Assembly: GCA_947501605.1 (NCBI GenBank)
Contig: CANMWZ010000031.1
Location: forward strand, 1-49,907
Reading direction: 5' to 3'
Length of the DNA stretch: 49,907 bases
DNA from: Planctomycetota bacterium
GTDB lineage: Bacteria; Planctomycetota; UBA1135; UBA2386
The translations under genes were made by a program, and so were the position numbers. Every line of letters begins with the position of its first letter. The stretch's first letter is position 1. Positions 27,635-37,000 of the stretch are shown in pieces. Under the pieces are notes generated by a model that was not told the DNA's origin, searched no databases, and saw only the letters and a list, made by a program, of their open reading frames with translations.

Positions 27635-29926
27635 TCACTGCGCGTAGTACTCGGGCAGGCAGTAGTGCCACTTGTCCCAGCGACGCGACCCAAGAGCACC
27701 GCTGCGCAGCAGCGTTCCGTAGTTGAGCGACTTGGTCCGCACCGTGCCGTTGCCCGTATGGTCGGCCAGCAGAAACAGCCCAGTCGTCAAGAACGTGTGG
27801 GCGCCGCCGAGCGGGCCATCCCCGAAGCGAATGCCATACTGCGAGTCCCAGAAGTTGGCCGGGACCGGCGTGCTGTTGTAGGTCGTCGCCACGTAGTAGC
27901 GCAGGCCATTGCTCACGAACCCAAAGGTCGTGTCCTGGTAGTTGCGCACCCACGAGTAGTCAACCGTGGTCGCGACGTCCTCGCAGATCTGCAGCAGCAG
28001 TGGATCGGCAAAGTGACGGTACGCGCCCAGATACCCGAACAGCACGGCGCCGTGCTGCCACGGCATGAAGAACTCATGCGGCATCGGCCAGTTGGTGCCA
28101 GGGTAGTTGCTCTGGAAGCCCATCGCCTTGCTGGGATGGTTCTTCTTGCGCTGCAGCTCGACGACGTTGCGAACGCGATTCATCGCGTAGTCCTTCAGCG
28201 CCTGGTCGCCAGTCGCGAGGTAGCACTGCGTGAATCCCTGCATGACCCAGCCCTCGGCGCGAACCGCCTGGACGAAACGGGTGTTGTAGGTCGCGATCCG
28301 CATCAGCGACTTCAGGCTCTGGCCGAGCTGGCGCAGCTCCTCCTGGGCCCAACAGTCGCCGCTGATCGTCCAGTAGTCGAACAGCAGATCCGTGGACCAG
28401 TGCTCGTGATCAAAATGCTCCCAACCATGGCCACGAGCCGAACCACCCTGCACGCGCGTACGGCAGGCAGTGAAGGGATCCGCGGCATAGAGACCGCGAC
28501 GACCGAGCGACTCGTTCGACAGATCGCGCGACCCGGGGTAGATCGGCACTCCATCCCACAAGAACAGCGGCTGCGTGTCTCCGACCTGAAGACCATAAAG
28601 GTGGTACGGACGAGCTGCCTGGATCCAGGCCCTCTGTTCGAGTGCCGTGATGAGTCGATGATGACCAGCCTGAACGGCATGAGCGAGTTCAGGACTGAGA
28701 GGATGGTTGCGCGGCGTACCCGTGGTGCCTGTCACAACCGCATCGCCACGCGAACCCCACGTGCCAAACCAGCCACCATTCAGGAATGACTGGTACTCAC
28801 CTTCCGCACGCGCCCAGGAGTCGCTCGGACCAGCAAGCGGGCCACCAATCAGGCCAAGACTCGCGGTCGTGTAGCAGCTCGGCTGCGTCGGCAGCGGAAA
28901 GTACGGGTTGCTGGTCATCGCCTGCGTGACGGCTGTCCAACGACTCGCGTCGGTCGGGGCCGCCGCCGGATGAATGACCGGCAGGACGAATCGATAGCGG
29001 CGCGTTTGCGCGTCACCCATCCAGTCGTTGGTCATGACGCGGTAGGCACTGAGCCCGCCGCCAGCGCCAACAGGACCACTGATCCCGTTCTCGCCAGCGC
29101 GGTACGGATAGCACAGCAGACCCGTGCCACCGACGAGGAAGCTCGCTTCGTTGACGTCGACGCCACCGAGAACGTAGAGGTTGCGATTGGAGGAGCCTGC
29201 GGGGTTGTCGCTACCGAGGTAGTCGTTACCGAGCACCCAGTCGACCTGCAGGACGGGCACATCGCGGTACTCCGTGACGTAGAACGTCGACGTCAGGTAG
29301 TCCCGATTGATGCCTGCACCGGTCGCCAGATGATAGGCACGATGACGACGCACGCGGACCAGCGGCGTCTCCGCGAGCACTTCGCCGCTGCCGGTGGCAA
29401 AGCCCCGATAGCTGCGCTGGAAGGTGTCCTTGACCTCGGCACCGAACTGGAACGTCGACTCGAGGCTCGAGACCCACGAGTTCGGCTGGAACGCGCCGGT
29501 GAGCGGTTGCATGCCACCCACGATCTCGTAGGTGCGAACCGTGTTGGCCGGGATCGTCGCCGTGAACTGCGCCTGCGCGATCCGGATCGAGTTGTCGGGC
29601 CAGCGCTGCAGCACGCGCCACGCGGTCTGGAACCCGCTGACTCCCAGCGCGGCCGTGCTCTGATGATGACCGTAGGGCAGCGGCACCGAGGCGAGGACGG
29701 TCTCCGTCCGCTCCACTTGGCTGTCGTTGTTGACCGTGAACTGCGGCGCCCAACCGAGCGGTACGCCAGGGCCGCCAGGGCCAGAACCACCGCCGCCACC
29801 ACCCGGATTGCCACCGGTGTTGCCCGCGGCCGCGCCGCCAGCGCCGCAACTGGAAGCGGCTACACAAGCGGCCAGGAGCGTCCACTTGGACGCGCGACCC
29901 GCAGAAGAAGGACAAAGACCGGTCAT
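27635..29926 (-). CDS. Large secreted protein or lipoprotein, YetA/exo-rhamnogalacturonan lyase-like
   Basis: Signal with Cys (VAASSC), Gly linker, VPLPYG..VLQRWPDNSIR N-domain, HFDHEHW..DYWTISGD, RAEGW, FMPWQHG typical of alpha/alpha toroids. Function uncertain. Confidence 0.7.
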   Translation of the reverse strand: MTGLCPSSAGRASKWTLLAACVAASSCGAGGAAAGNTGGNPGGGGGGSGPGGPGVPLGWAPQFTVNNDSQVERTETVLASVPLPYGHHQSTAALGVSGFQTAWRVLQRWPDNSIRIAQAQFTATIPANTVRTYEIVGGMQPLTGAFQPNSWVSSLESTFQFGAEVKDTFQRSYRGFATGSGEVLAETPLVRVRRHRAYHLATGAGINRDYLTSTFYVTEYRDVPVLQVDWVLGNDYLGSDNPAGSSNRNLYVLGGVDVNEASFLVGGTGLLCYPYRAGENGISGPVGAGGGLSAYRVMTNDWMGDAQTRRYRFVLPVIHPAAAPTDASRWTAVTQAMTSNPYFPLPTQPSCYTTASLGLIGGPLAGPSDSWARAEGEYQSFLNGGWFGTWGSRGDAVVTGTTGTPRNHPLSPELAHAVQAGHHRLITALEQRAWIQAARPYHLYGLQVGDTQPLFLWDGVPIYPGSRDLSNESLGRRGLYAADPFTACRTRVQGGSARGHGWEHFDHEHWSTDLLFDYWTISGDCWAQEELRQLGQSLKSLMRIATYNTRFVQAVRAEGWVMQGFTQCYLATGDQALKDYAMNRVRNVVELQRKKNHPSKAMGFQSNYPGTNWPMPHEFFMPWQHGAVLFGYLGAYRHFADPLLLQICEDVATTVDYSWVRNYQDTTFGFVSNGLRYYVATTYNSTPVPANFWDSQYGIRFGDGPLGGAHTFLTTGLFLLADHTGNGTVRTKSLNYGTLLRSGALGSRRWDKWHYCLPEYYAQ

Positions 29927-30134
29927 CGAGACTCTCCCGCCCCGACAACGCCGGTGGCTGTCGCGAAGATCGACACCCGCTGTTGCGGCCTGCAGCAGTC
30001 AGGTGGATCGGGATCCCGATCTGGGTCGACGCCGGCAGCAGGGGCCGATGCGAGCGCCCGTTCCGACAGCTCCTTGCTCCAAGATCGCGCGACCTCTACA
30101 ACGTCGCGCCCCTCAACTCGCCGCGAGATCGCCC

Positions 30135-30380
30135 ATGACGCACGTCATCGCCCAACCCTGCATCAACGTGAAGGACAAGGCCTGCGTGGACGTATGTCCC
30201 GTGGACTGCATCCATGGCAAGGACAGCGACCCGCAGCTCTACATCAATCCGAACGACTGCATCGACTGCACCCTGTGCGTCGACGCATGTCCGGTCAGCG
30301 CGATCTTCGCCGAGGAGGACCTTCCTGCTGAGTGGAAGGCCTCCGCCGAAGAGAACGCCAAGTACTACAAGAAGGGCTGA
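30135..30380 (+). CDS. fdxA: 7Fe dicluster ferredoxin
   Basis: MTHVIAQPCINVKDKACVDVCPVDCIH..YINPNDCIDCTLCVDACPVSAIFAEEDLP. Confidence 0.95.
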   Translation: MTHVIAQPCINVKDKACVDVCPVDCIHGKDSDPQLYINPNDCIDCTLCVDACPVSAIFAEEDLPAEWKASAEENAKYYKKG

Positions 30381-30437
30381 GGCAACTCGGCGTGCCGCCT
30401 TCGCGCGGTCGCTGAGGTCACCTACTGTCTGGTCCCC

Positions 30438-31481
30438 ATGTGGGATCCTGATGCCGTGAGCACCGCCCGCTACTCTCGTCAGCAGCGCGTTGCCGGTATC
30501 GGACCTGACGGCCAGGCGGCGATCTCTCGCGCCACCGTGCTGATCGTCGGCATCGGTGCGCTCGGAACACATACGGCCGCGTCGCTGTGTCGAGCCGGGG
30601 TCGGGACACTCTGGCTCTGCGACCGCGATCTCGTCGACCTTGGCAACCTGCAGCGCCAGGTTCTGTTCGACGAGCGCGACGCCCAGGAAGGCACCCCCAA
30701 GGCGATAGCGGCCGCGCGGGCGCTGCGCGCCGCGAACTCTGCCGTAGCAATCGAACCGTTCGTCGCCCACTGCGGTCCGGACTTTCTCGCCGCGTTGCCG
30801 CGCCTACCCGATCTCGTGCTCGACGGCACCGACAACTTCGCCACGCGCTACGTATTGAACGACTGGAGCAAGCAGCAGCGCGTGCCGTGGATCTACGCCG
30901 GCGCCGTGGGCAGCGAAGGCGCCTCGATGGTCGTGCGACCCGACGGGCCATGCCTACGCTGCCTGTGGCCCGACCCGCCGCAGGGCCACGACGTCGGCAC
31001 CTGCGAGACCGTCGGCGTACTCGAACCGGCGATCGCCGCCGTTACGGCATTTCAGGCAGCTGAGGCCCTCAAGATTCTCGCGGGCCGAACGGCAGACACG
31101 ACCCGCGGCATCTTCACCTGCGACGTCTGGCGCGGCAGTTACAGCGTGCTGGGTGCGATGAGCGAACAGGATCCACAGTGTCCCGTATGCCGTCGCGAGA
31201 GGTTTCCGGCGCTGCTGGCAGGTGAGCCCACCGCGGCGGTGCTGTGCGGCCGCGATGCCGTGCAGATCGACCCGCCACGCCGCGGGACGATCGATCTCGA
31301 AGCGCTGCGAGGGCGACTCGCTGCGGTGGTCGTGGATCTCGAGCGAACGCCGCACTATCTGGCGTTCACAGCCGACGGCATCCAACTGCGGGTCTTCGCC
31401 TCCGGCCGCGCGTTGTTGTTTGGCGTGCACGATCTGCTGCGTGCGCGCGCCGTCTACGATCGGTGGATCGGAGCCCATTGA
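30438..31481 (+). CDS. ThiF/MoeB family adenylyltransferase
   Basis: RYSRQ, GIGALG, DRDLVDLGNLQRQ, DGTDNF, PCLRC, TCETVG, CPVC, C-terminal LCGRDAVQI domain. Start 30438 or GTG 30456. Confidence 0.92.
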   Translation: MWDPDAVSTARYSRQQRVAGIGPDGQAAISRATVLIVGIGALGTHTAASLCRAGVGTLWLCDRDLVDLGNLQRQVLFDERDAQEGTPKAIAAARALRAANSAVAIEPFVAHCGPDFLAALPRLPDLVLDGTDNFATRYVLNDWSKQQRVPWIYAGAVGSEGASMVVRPDGPCLRCLWPDPPQGHDVGTCETVGVLEPAIAAVTAFQAAEALKILAGRTADTTRGIFTCDVWRGSYSVLGAMSEQDPQCPVCRRERFPALLAGEPTAAVLCGRDAVQIDPPRRGTIDLEALRGRLAAVVVDLERTPHYLAFTADGIQLRVFASGRALLFGVHDLLRARAVYDRWIGAH

Positions 31482-32593
31482 TGCTCTACCTCGACCACGC
31501 TGCAACGAGTTACCCAAAGCCCGAGTCGGTGCTCGCGGCCATGACCCACTGGTACCGCGACCTGGGCGTTTCGAGTTCACGCGGCAGCTCGCACCGCTGT
31601 ACCGAGGTTGCCCAGCTCGTGCAGCGCGCGCGCCGCGGACTCGCAACGATGTGCGGCGTCGCCGCCAGTCGCGTCGCGTTCACTTCGGGCGCTACCGAGT
31701 CGATCAACCTGTTCCTGCGCGCCTTTTTGCGGCCCGGCGATGCGGTGCTGACCACGGCCTTCGAACACAGCTCCGTCGCGCGGCCGCTCGTCGCCTTGCA
31801 GCGCGAACGCGCCTTGAGCCTCACTGTGCTTCCCCCCGATGCCGACGGTGGCATTGCCCCTGCTTCGGTACAGCGCGCCCTGCTCCACGCACGACCGCGG
31901 CTGTTCGTGTTCACGCACGCGAGCAACGTGACCGGCGCCCTGTTCGACGCCGCTGCATTCGGCGAACTTGCACGCGCGCATGGGGCCACGACCCTGCTCG
32001 ACGCGAGCCAGACTGCGGGTCAGGTGCCGATCGGGGGTTTCACGGACGCCATTGCACTGAGTGCCCACAAAGCCCTGCTCGGGCCGCCGGGCCTCGGCGC
32101 ACTGTGCGTGCGCGAGGGCCTCGAACTCGAGCCGCAGAAGCAGGGCGGCACCGGCACGAGCCAGGCGCTCGAAATGCACCCGGTGGAATGGCCACTGGCA
32201 TTCGAGGCGGGGACCCCAAACACACCGGCGGTCTGCGGCCTCGACGCGGCTCTAGGGTTGCTCACGCCCGCGCACCAACGAGAGCGCTACACCGCGGCTC
32301 TTCTGGCCACGCTCGCCTTCGAATCCGAACTGCGCGAAAACCCGCGCGTCCGCATCATCACGCCCACTTCGGTGCGCATCCCCGTGCTCTCGTTCGTGCA
32401 TGCGGACCTCGATGCCGCCGACGTTGGCGCCATTCTCGATGCACTCGATATCCACGTGCGCACCGGCCATCACTGCGCGCCGTGGCTACATCGTCACCTC
32501 GGGACGACGGCGGCCGGAACCGTGAGAGTGAGCCCAGGTCCGTTCGTCACCGCAGACGACATTCGCCGGGTATCGGCAGCGTTGGCGTCCTGA
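31481..32593 (+). CDS. Cysteine desulfurase / selenocysteine lyase family (class V aminotransferase)
   Basis: YLDHAATSYPKP, FTSGATES, EHSSV, HASNVTG, DASQTAG, SAHK (PLP Lys), EAGTPN, RTGHHCAP; TGATG coupling to the ThiF gene. Confidence 0.93.
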   Translation: MLYLDHAATSYPKPESVLAAMTHWYRDLGVSSSRGSSHRCTEVAQLVQRARRGLATMCGVAASRVAFTSGATESINLFLRAFLRPGDAVLTTAFEHSSVARPLVALQRERALSLTVLPPDADGGIAPASVQRALLHARPRLFVFTHASNVTGALFDAAAFGELARAHGATTLLDASQTAGQVPIGGFTDAIALSAHKALLGPPGLGALCVREGLELEPQKQGGTGTSQALEMHPVEWPLAFEAGTPNTPAVCGLDAALGLLTPAHQRERYTAALLATLAFESELRENPRVRIITPTSVRIPVLSFVHADLDAADVGAILDALDIHVRTGHHCAPWLHRHLGTTAAGTVRVSPGPFVTADDIRRVSAALAS

Positions 32594-34085
32594 GGAACTC
32601 GAAGACCTCGACGGCGAGGCCGAAGAAGTCATTCTCGTTGCCAAGCCCCGCGGGCAGGTAGCGCAAGTGGTCGGGCAAGCCCACCTGGTAGCGATTGCCC
32701 GGCAGGCTGCCCGAGAGCATCAGGTCGCGTAGCAAGTCTTGCTGTGCGGCTTGCAGCCCGAGGCCCGGGTGGCTGCCCCACCGCCACAACGCGTCCTCGA
32801 AAATGGCTCGCGCACCTTCGCGCGGCATCCTGCCGTCCAACATCAACACGAAGGCCTGCTGCAAGGTGGCGTCCTCGACCGTCGCCCCAGGCTGCACGTC
32901 AGCGCCAGTCGCCCACCGCACGAATGCCCACTCCGGAAGATCCGCGAGGGTCGAACGGACCGGGGACGGCGACGGCTCCGAACACGCTCGCATCGCCAAG
33001 GCAATCGCGACGTGGCGTCGAACCTCAGGGATCGCGCCCCAGACGGCGCGGTCGGCCACTACCGCGTCGACGCTGCGCGAGAGGACGTACGCAACTGCCA
33101 AGCGCGCCCAAGCCGGTTCGTCCAGTGGCTGCGGCACAGCCGGCAACCAAGCCCGAATCGACGTCGCCGCCCGCGGGTCCGAGGCGTAGAGCTGCAGGAG
33201 TCGCCACTCCGGTCGCGGTTGCCCTTCGGTGCGCACGGCATCTGCTGCCGCCAACAGCAAAGCTGCGGCTTCGCGCAGCGTTGCGTTCTGTTCGCTCGGC
33301 GCCTGCACAAGTTCTCTGGCTCGCTCGACCAGAACCGCTTGGACCGGCTCCACAGGCCGGCGCAAGAAGCCGGCAAGCAACAGGGCGCGCTGCACCAGGC
33401 TGCTGTGGGCCGGAGGCCGCGGCCGCAAGTACGGCTGCACCAGGACGTCTGGGATCGGTGCCCCGGCGTAGATCGCTGCTGCGGTGATGCCGGGGTTCTC
33501 TTGCCGCAAGAGGGCCGGTGGACAGGCAGCACCAGCTTCCGGGAAGCGCGAACTTGCGAGCAGCGCGAGCACGAGCAGCAGGGGTTCTGGTTCCTGCCGA
33601 TTCCGCCCGATCACGCGATTCCAAAACTCCGGCTGAGGCCGCGACCGCATCGGTCCGAGAGCGAGGCAGAGACTGCAAACGAGTCGGTCCTGCAGTGGCG
33701 ATTTCTCGTCAAGAAACGCCATGACCCGATCGTCGCCGATCGGCCCCTCGGCGAGACAGGCGGTGGCCAACACGGCCATGCGACGACGCATGTTGGATTT
33801 TTCACCAGCGACGAGGTTCCAAAGCACGGGCGCGACCGGCGTGCCGATGCCGCGTGCCAACTGAAACCCCTCGCGCACGTCGCGAGTCGGCGCCGAGACC
33901 AGCAGCTCGGTGAACCGTTCGCGGAACCGGGCATCGTCACCTGGCAGCACACCCACTCGAAACTCAGGTTCCTGCGTGAGCGCGCTTTGAGCCAGACCTA
34001 GGCCGGTGCCGATAACCAAGAGCCCTGCGGCAGTCGCACGGCAGTTACGCAACCACGCACCCGATCTGGATAGCCGTTTCGACAT
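32547..34085 (-). CDS. Secreted alpha-helical hypothetical protein
   Basis: Long ORF with signal-like N-terminus and Leu/Ala-rich HEAT-like helices. Start uncertain (ATG 34085 or TTG 34052); 47-nt convergent overlap with the desulfurase gene. Confidence 0.7.
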   Translation of the reverse strand: MSKRLSRSGAWLRNCRATAAGLLVIGTGLGLAQSALTQEPEFRVGVLPGDDARFRERFTELLVSAPTRDVREGFQLARGIGTPVAPVLWNLVAGEKSNMRRRMAVLATACLAEGPIGDDRVMAFLDEKSPLQDRLVCSLCLALGPMRSRPQPEFWNRVIGRNRQEPEPLLLVLALLASSRFPEAGAACPPALLRQENPGITAAAIYAGAPIPDVLVQPYLRPRPPAHSSLVQRALLLAGFLRRPVEPVQAVLVERARELVQAPSEQNATLREAAALLLAAADAVRTEGQPRPEWRLLQLYASDPRAATSIRAWLPAVPQPLDEPAWARLAVAYVLSRSVDAVVADRAVWGAIPEVRRHVAIALAMRACSEPSPSPVRSTLADLPEWAFVRWATGADVQPGATVEDATLQQAFVLMLDGRMPREGARAIFEDALWRWGSHPGLGLQAAQQDLLRDLMLSGSLPGNRYQVGLPDHLRYLPAGLGNENDFFGLAVEVFEFLRTPTLPIPGECRLR

Positions 34086-37000
34086 GAGCAAGGGAGAGGA
34101 GATCCTGAACAGCGAGGAAGTCGACTTCCTCCTGGGAGTATCCGGCGGCACGCCGCAGAAGGAGACCGTCTCGGTCCAATCTGCGCAACAGGCCGTGACG
34201 ATGCGCGGGGATCTCGACCAGATGCCGCTCACCGACGTCTTCCAGACGCTCGGCATGAACAAGATGGAGGGCGTGCTGCGACTGTGCAACCCCGTCGAAC
34301 AGCGCATCCTCTTCTTCCAGAACGGTTATCTGCGCCTCGTCGTCCCGTCGCGCATCCTGTTGCGCCGCCTGGGCCAGCGCCTCGTGCAGGCCGAAGTGAT
34401 CGATCCAGAACAGCTGCGCTCGGCGCTACTGGAACAACGCAAGTCCCATCAGTCCCTCGACGAGTTGCTGGTCAGCGGCGGCTTCGTGAGCCAGGAGCAG
34501 ATCGACCAGATCCTGGCGCTGCAGATCAACGAAGAGCTGTTCGGGCTCTTCACGTGGACGCACGGGACGTTCGAGTTCTTCAAGGGCCCGCCGCAAGATC
34601 CGGCGCTGCAGCAGCGGCTCGAGAAGTGCCAGCAGTTCGACGTCAACAGCCTCCTGCTCGAAGTCGCGCGCCGTTCCGACGAATGGGAAGGCATCTTTGC
34701 ATCGTTGAGTACCCTCGACGAAGTGCCGGTGCGAACCGATGCCCCCATGCCCGAAGCGCTCGGGCCATCGCAGCAGGCTGTGCTCGACGCCGTTGACGGG
34801 CGCCACACCTACCGCGAAATCGCTGAGCAAACGGTCCTATCGCTGTTCGACGGGGCGCGCGCGGCGCGCGACCTGGTACGCGTCGGGCTGATTGCAACCG
34901 CGACGGACGAGCAGATGCTCGACCTCGCCCGCCATCACCTCGAGCAGGGGCACGGCAAGCTCGCGCTCGTTGTCGCGCACTCGCTGTGTGATCGCCGAAC
35001 CGAACGCCCGATCGAGTTGGTCCGCGCGTTGGCCGCGGTCCTTCGCGGCGCCGAAGAACCTCGCCTTGCGTCCGCAGTCTTGCTCGAAGCTGCGCAACTA
35101 CAGGCTGACGGGCAGCAGGCCTTGCAGCTCGCCCAAGAAGCCAGGGCACTCAATCCGCGCGACCTCGGGACGCTGAGCTTCTTGCGCACGACGATGATGG
35201 CGCATCTGCGCAAGGACGCGCCCGAGATCCGCCAGATCACCCTCGATCTGCTCGACGGACTCATCGCCGACAACGATCTCGAGCGCCTCTTCATGGTCGT
35301 GGAGGAGACCCGTCAGATCGGGCACTACACACCGGCTGTGATGGTGCGCGAGAGCCGCGGCTACGCCAAGAAGCGCGACCGCGAGTCAGCAATCCGACTG
35401 ATGCTCCAGGCCGCAGAGGGCTATGCCGCGCTCGACGACAAGCGCCAGCAGCTTGAATTGCTCGAGCTCGCCGCGCGGCTCGATCGCAATCGCAAGGACA
35501 TCCAGAAGCTGATCCAGCAGCTGCGATCGACGCCGAAGAAGCGTGCAATACGACTTGCTTCGTCGATCGCCGCGGCAGCCCTCGTCCTGGCGAGCGCCGT
35601 CGTGTGGTTCACAAGCCACCTCCAAAGCAATCAGATCGCCAAGGCGGAGGCGAGCATCCAATCGCTTCTCGACGAAGGGAAACTCGACGAAGCAACCAAG
35701 GAGTTCGAGGTCATCGACCAAGCGATTGGCGAGAACCCTGACCTTGACGGCCTGCGACACATCGTATTGGCAGCGCAAGCGGAAGCTGCCCAGCGCTCGC
35801 ACAAGGCAGCGCAACGCGAAGTCGCGGCCCAGATGCAGCAGGCAGGCCTGTTGGTGGCAGAAGGCGATCTGACGCGAGCGTTCTTGATCTACTCGGCACT
35901 GAGAGCGGACCCTGACCTTCGTAGCGACGTCGATTCGGCAGCCTCAACGCGGGTCGATTCTCTCGAAAGAGGGTTCGCCGACGCTGCTGTCAAACTGCCC
36001 GATCTGTTGCCGACGCCCCCGAGCGATCTCATGGACCGGCAGCGAATCGAGGATGCTCTGAAGATCCTCCGGAGTGCCGCGCCGCCGGCCCTGCGGACGG
36101 CCGCTCTGGCCGTAGTCACCCTGAGCGAACGCGGCACCTTGCCGGAGCAGATCCCCGAGGGGAAGCGCAAGTCTCTCCTCGATGCCGCGACGAGGGCGAA
36201 GGTCCTGCTCGACCGCGCGGCCGACTTGGTGATTGCCTACGAGAGCGCCTCGCAGCGAAGCAGCGAACAACGCCGCCTCGATCCGCTGTTCAAGCAGGCG
36301 CTGGACGCCGAGCGCAACCTCGACTTTGTGCTGGCCCTCACCAACTATCAGAAGCTGTCCGAATCGAAGGCCAACACCGAAGAGCTAGCACGCCACTTCC
36401 GGCAGAAGGTGCAGCAACTCGAGAGCATCCTCAGTGAGTGCACCGCAATCCGCGCGGCCACTGCTGCTGGCGACTTCAAGACCGCGAACCGCGCGTATCT
36501 GGCCCTTCAACGCAAGTTCCCAGAGGTCCCGTTCCAGAAGTTACTGAGCCTTCCCGTGACGGTGCGCACCTCCATTCCGGGGGCAGGTCTCCGCTGGAAC
36601 GGCAAAGACCTCGGCCTGACACCGAGGCTGGCGACTTACCCACCCAACTCGACCAACGATCTCGAGATCCAACTCCCCCGCTTCGAGCCCGTACGGATGC
36701 CGCTGCCACAGCACGAAGGCACGGTCGATGTTCTGTTGCGACTGGAGTCAGATGCCTCGACGGAACTGCGCGCCGCTATCGATCAGCCGATGGCGCTCTC
36801 GGCCACGCGGGCGTTCGCAGTGGATCGCGCTGGCAGTGTGTACGCCTTCGACATGAAGACGGGAGCCGAGCTCTGGAGCGCAAAGACAGACGATACGACG
36901 GGCTACCTGAGCCCACCGCAACTCGTCCAAGGGATGGTGGTGACGACATCGCTCGACAGTCCAGTGCGTGCGTTGGACCAAGGCACGGGCGAGGTGCGCT

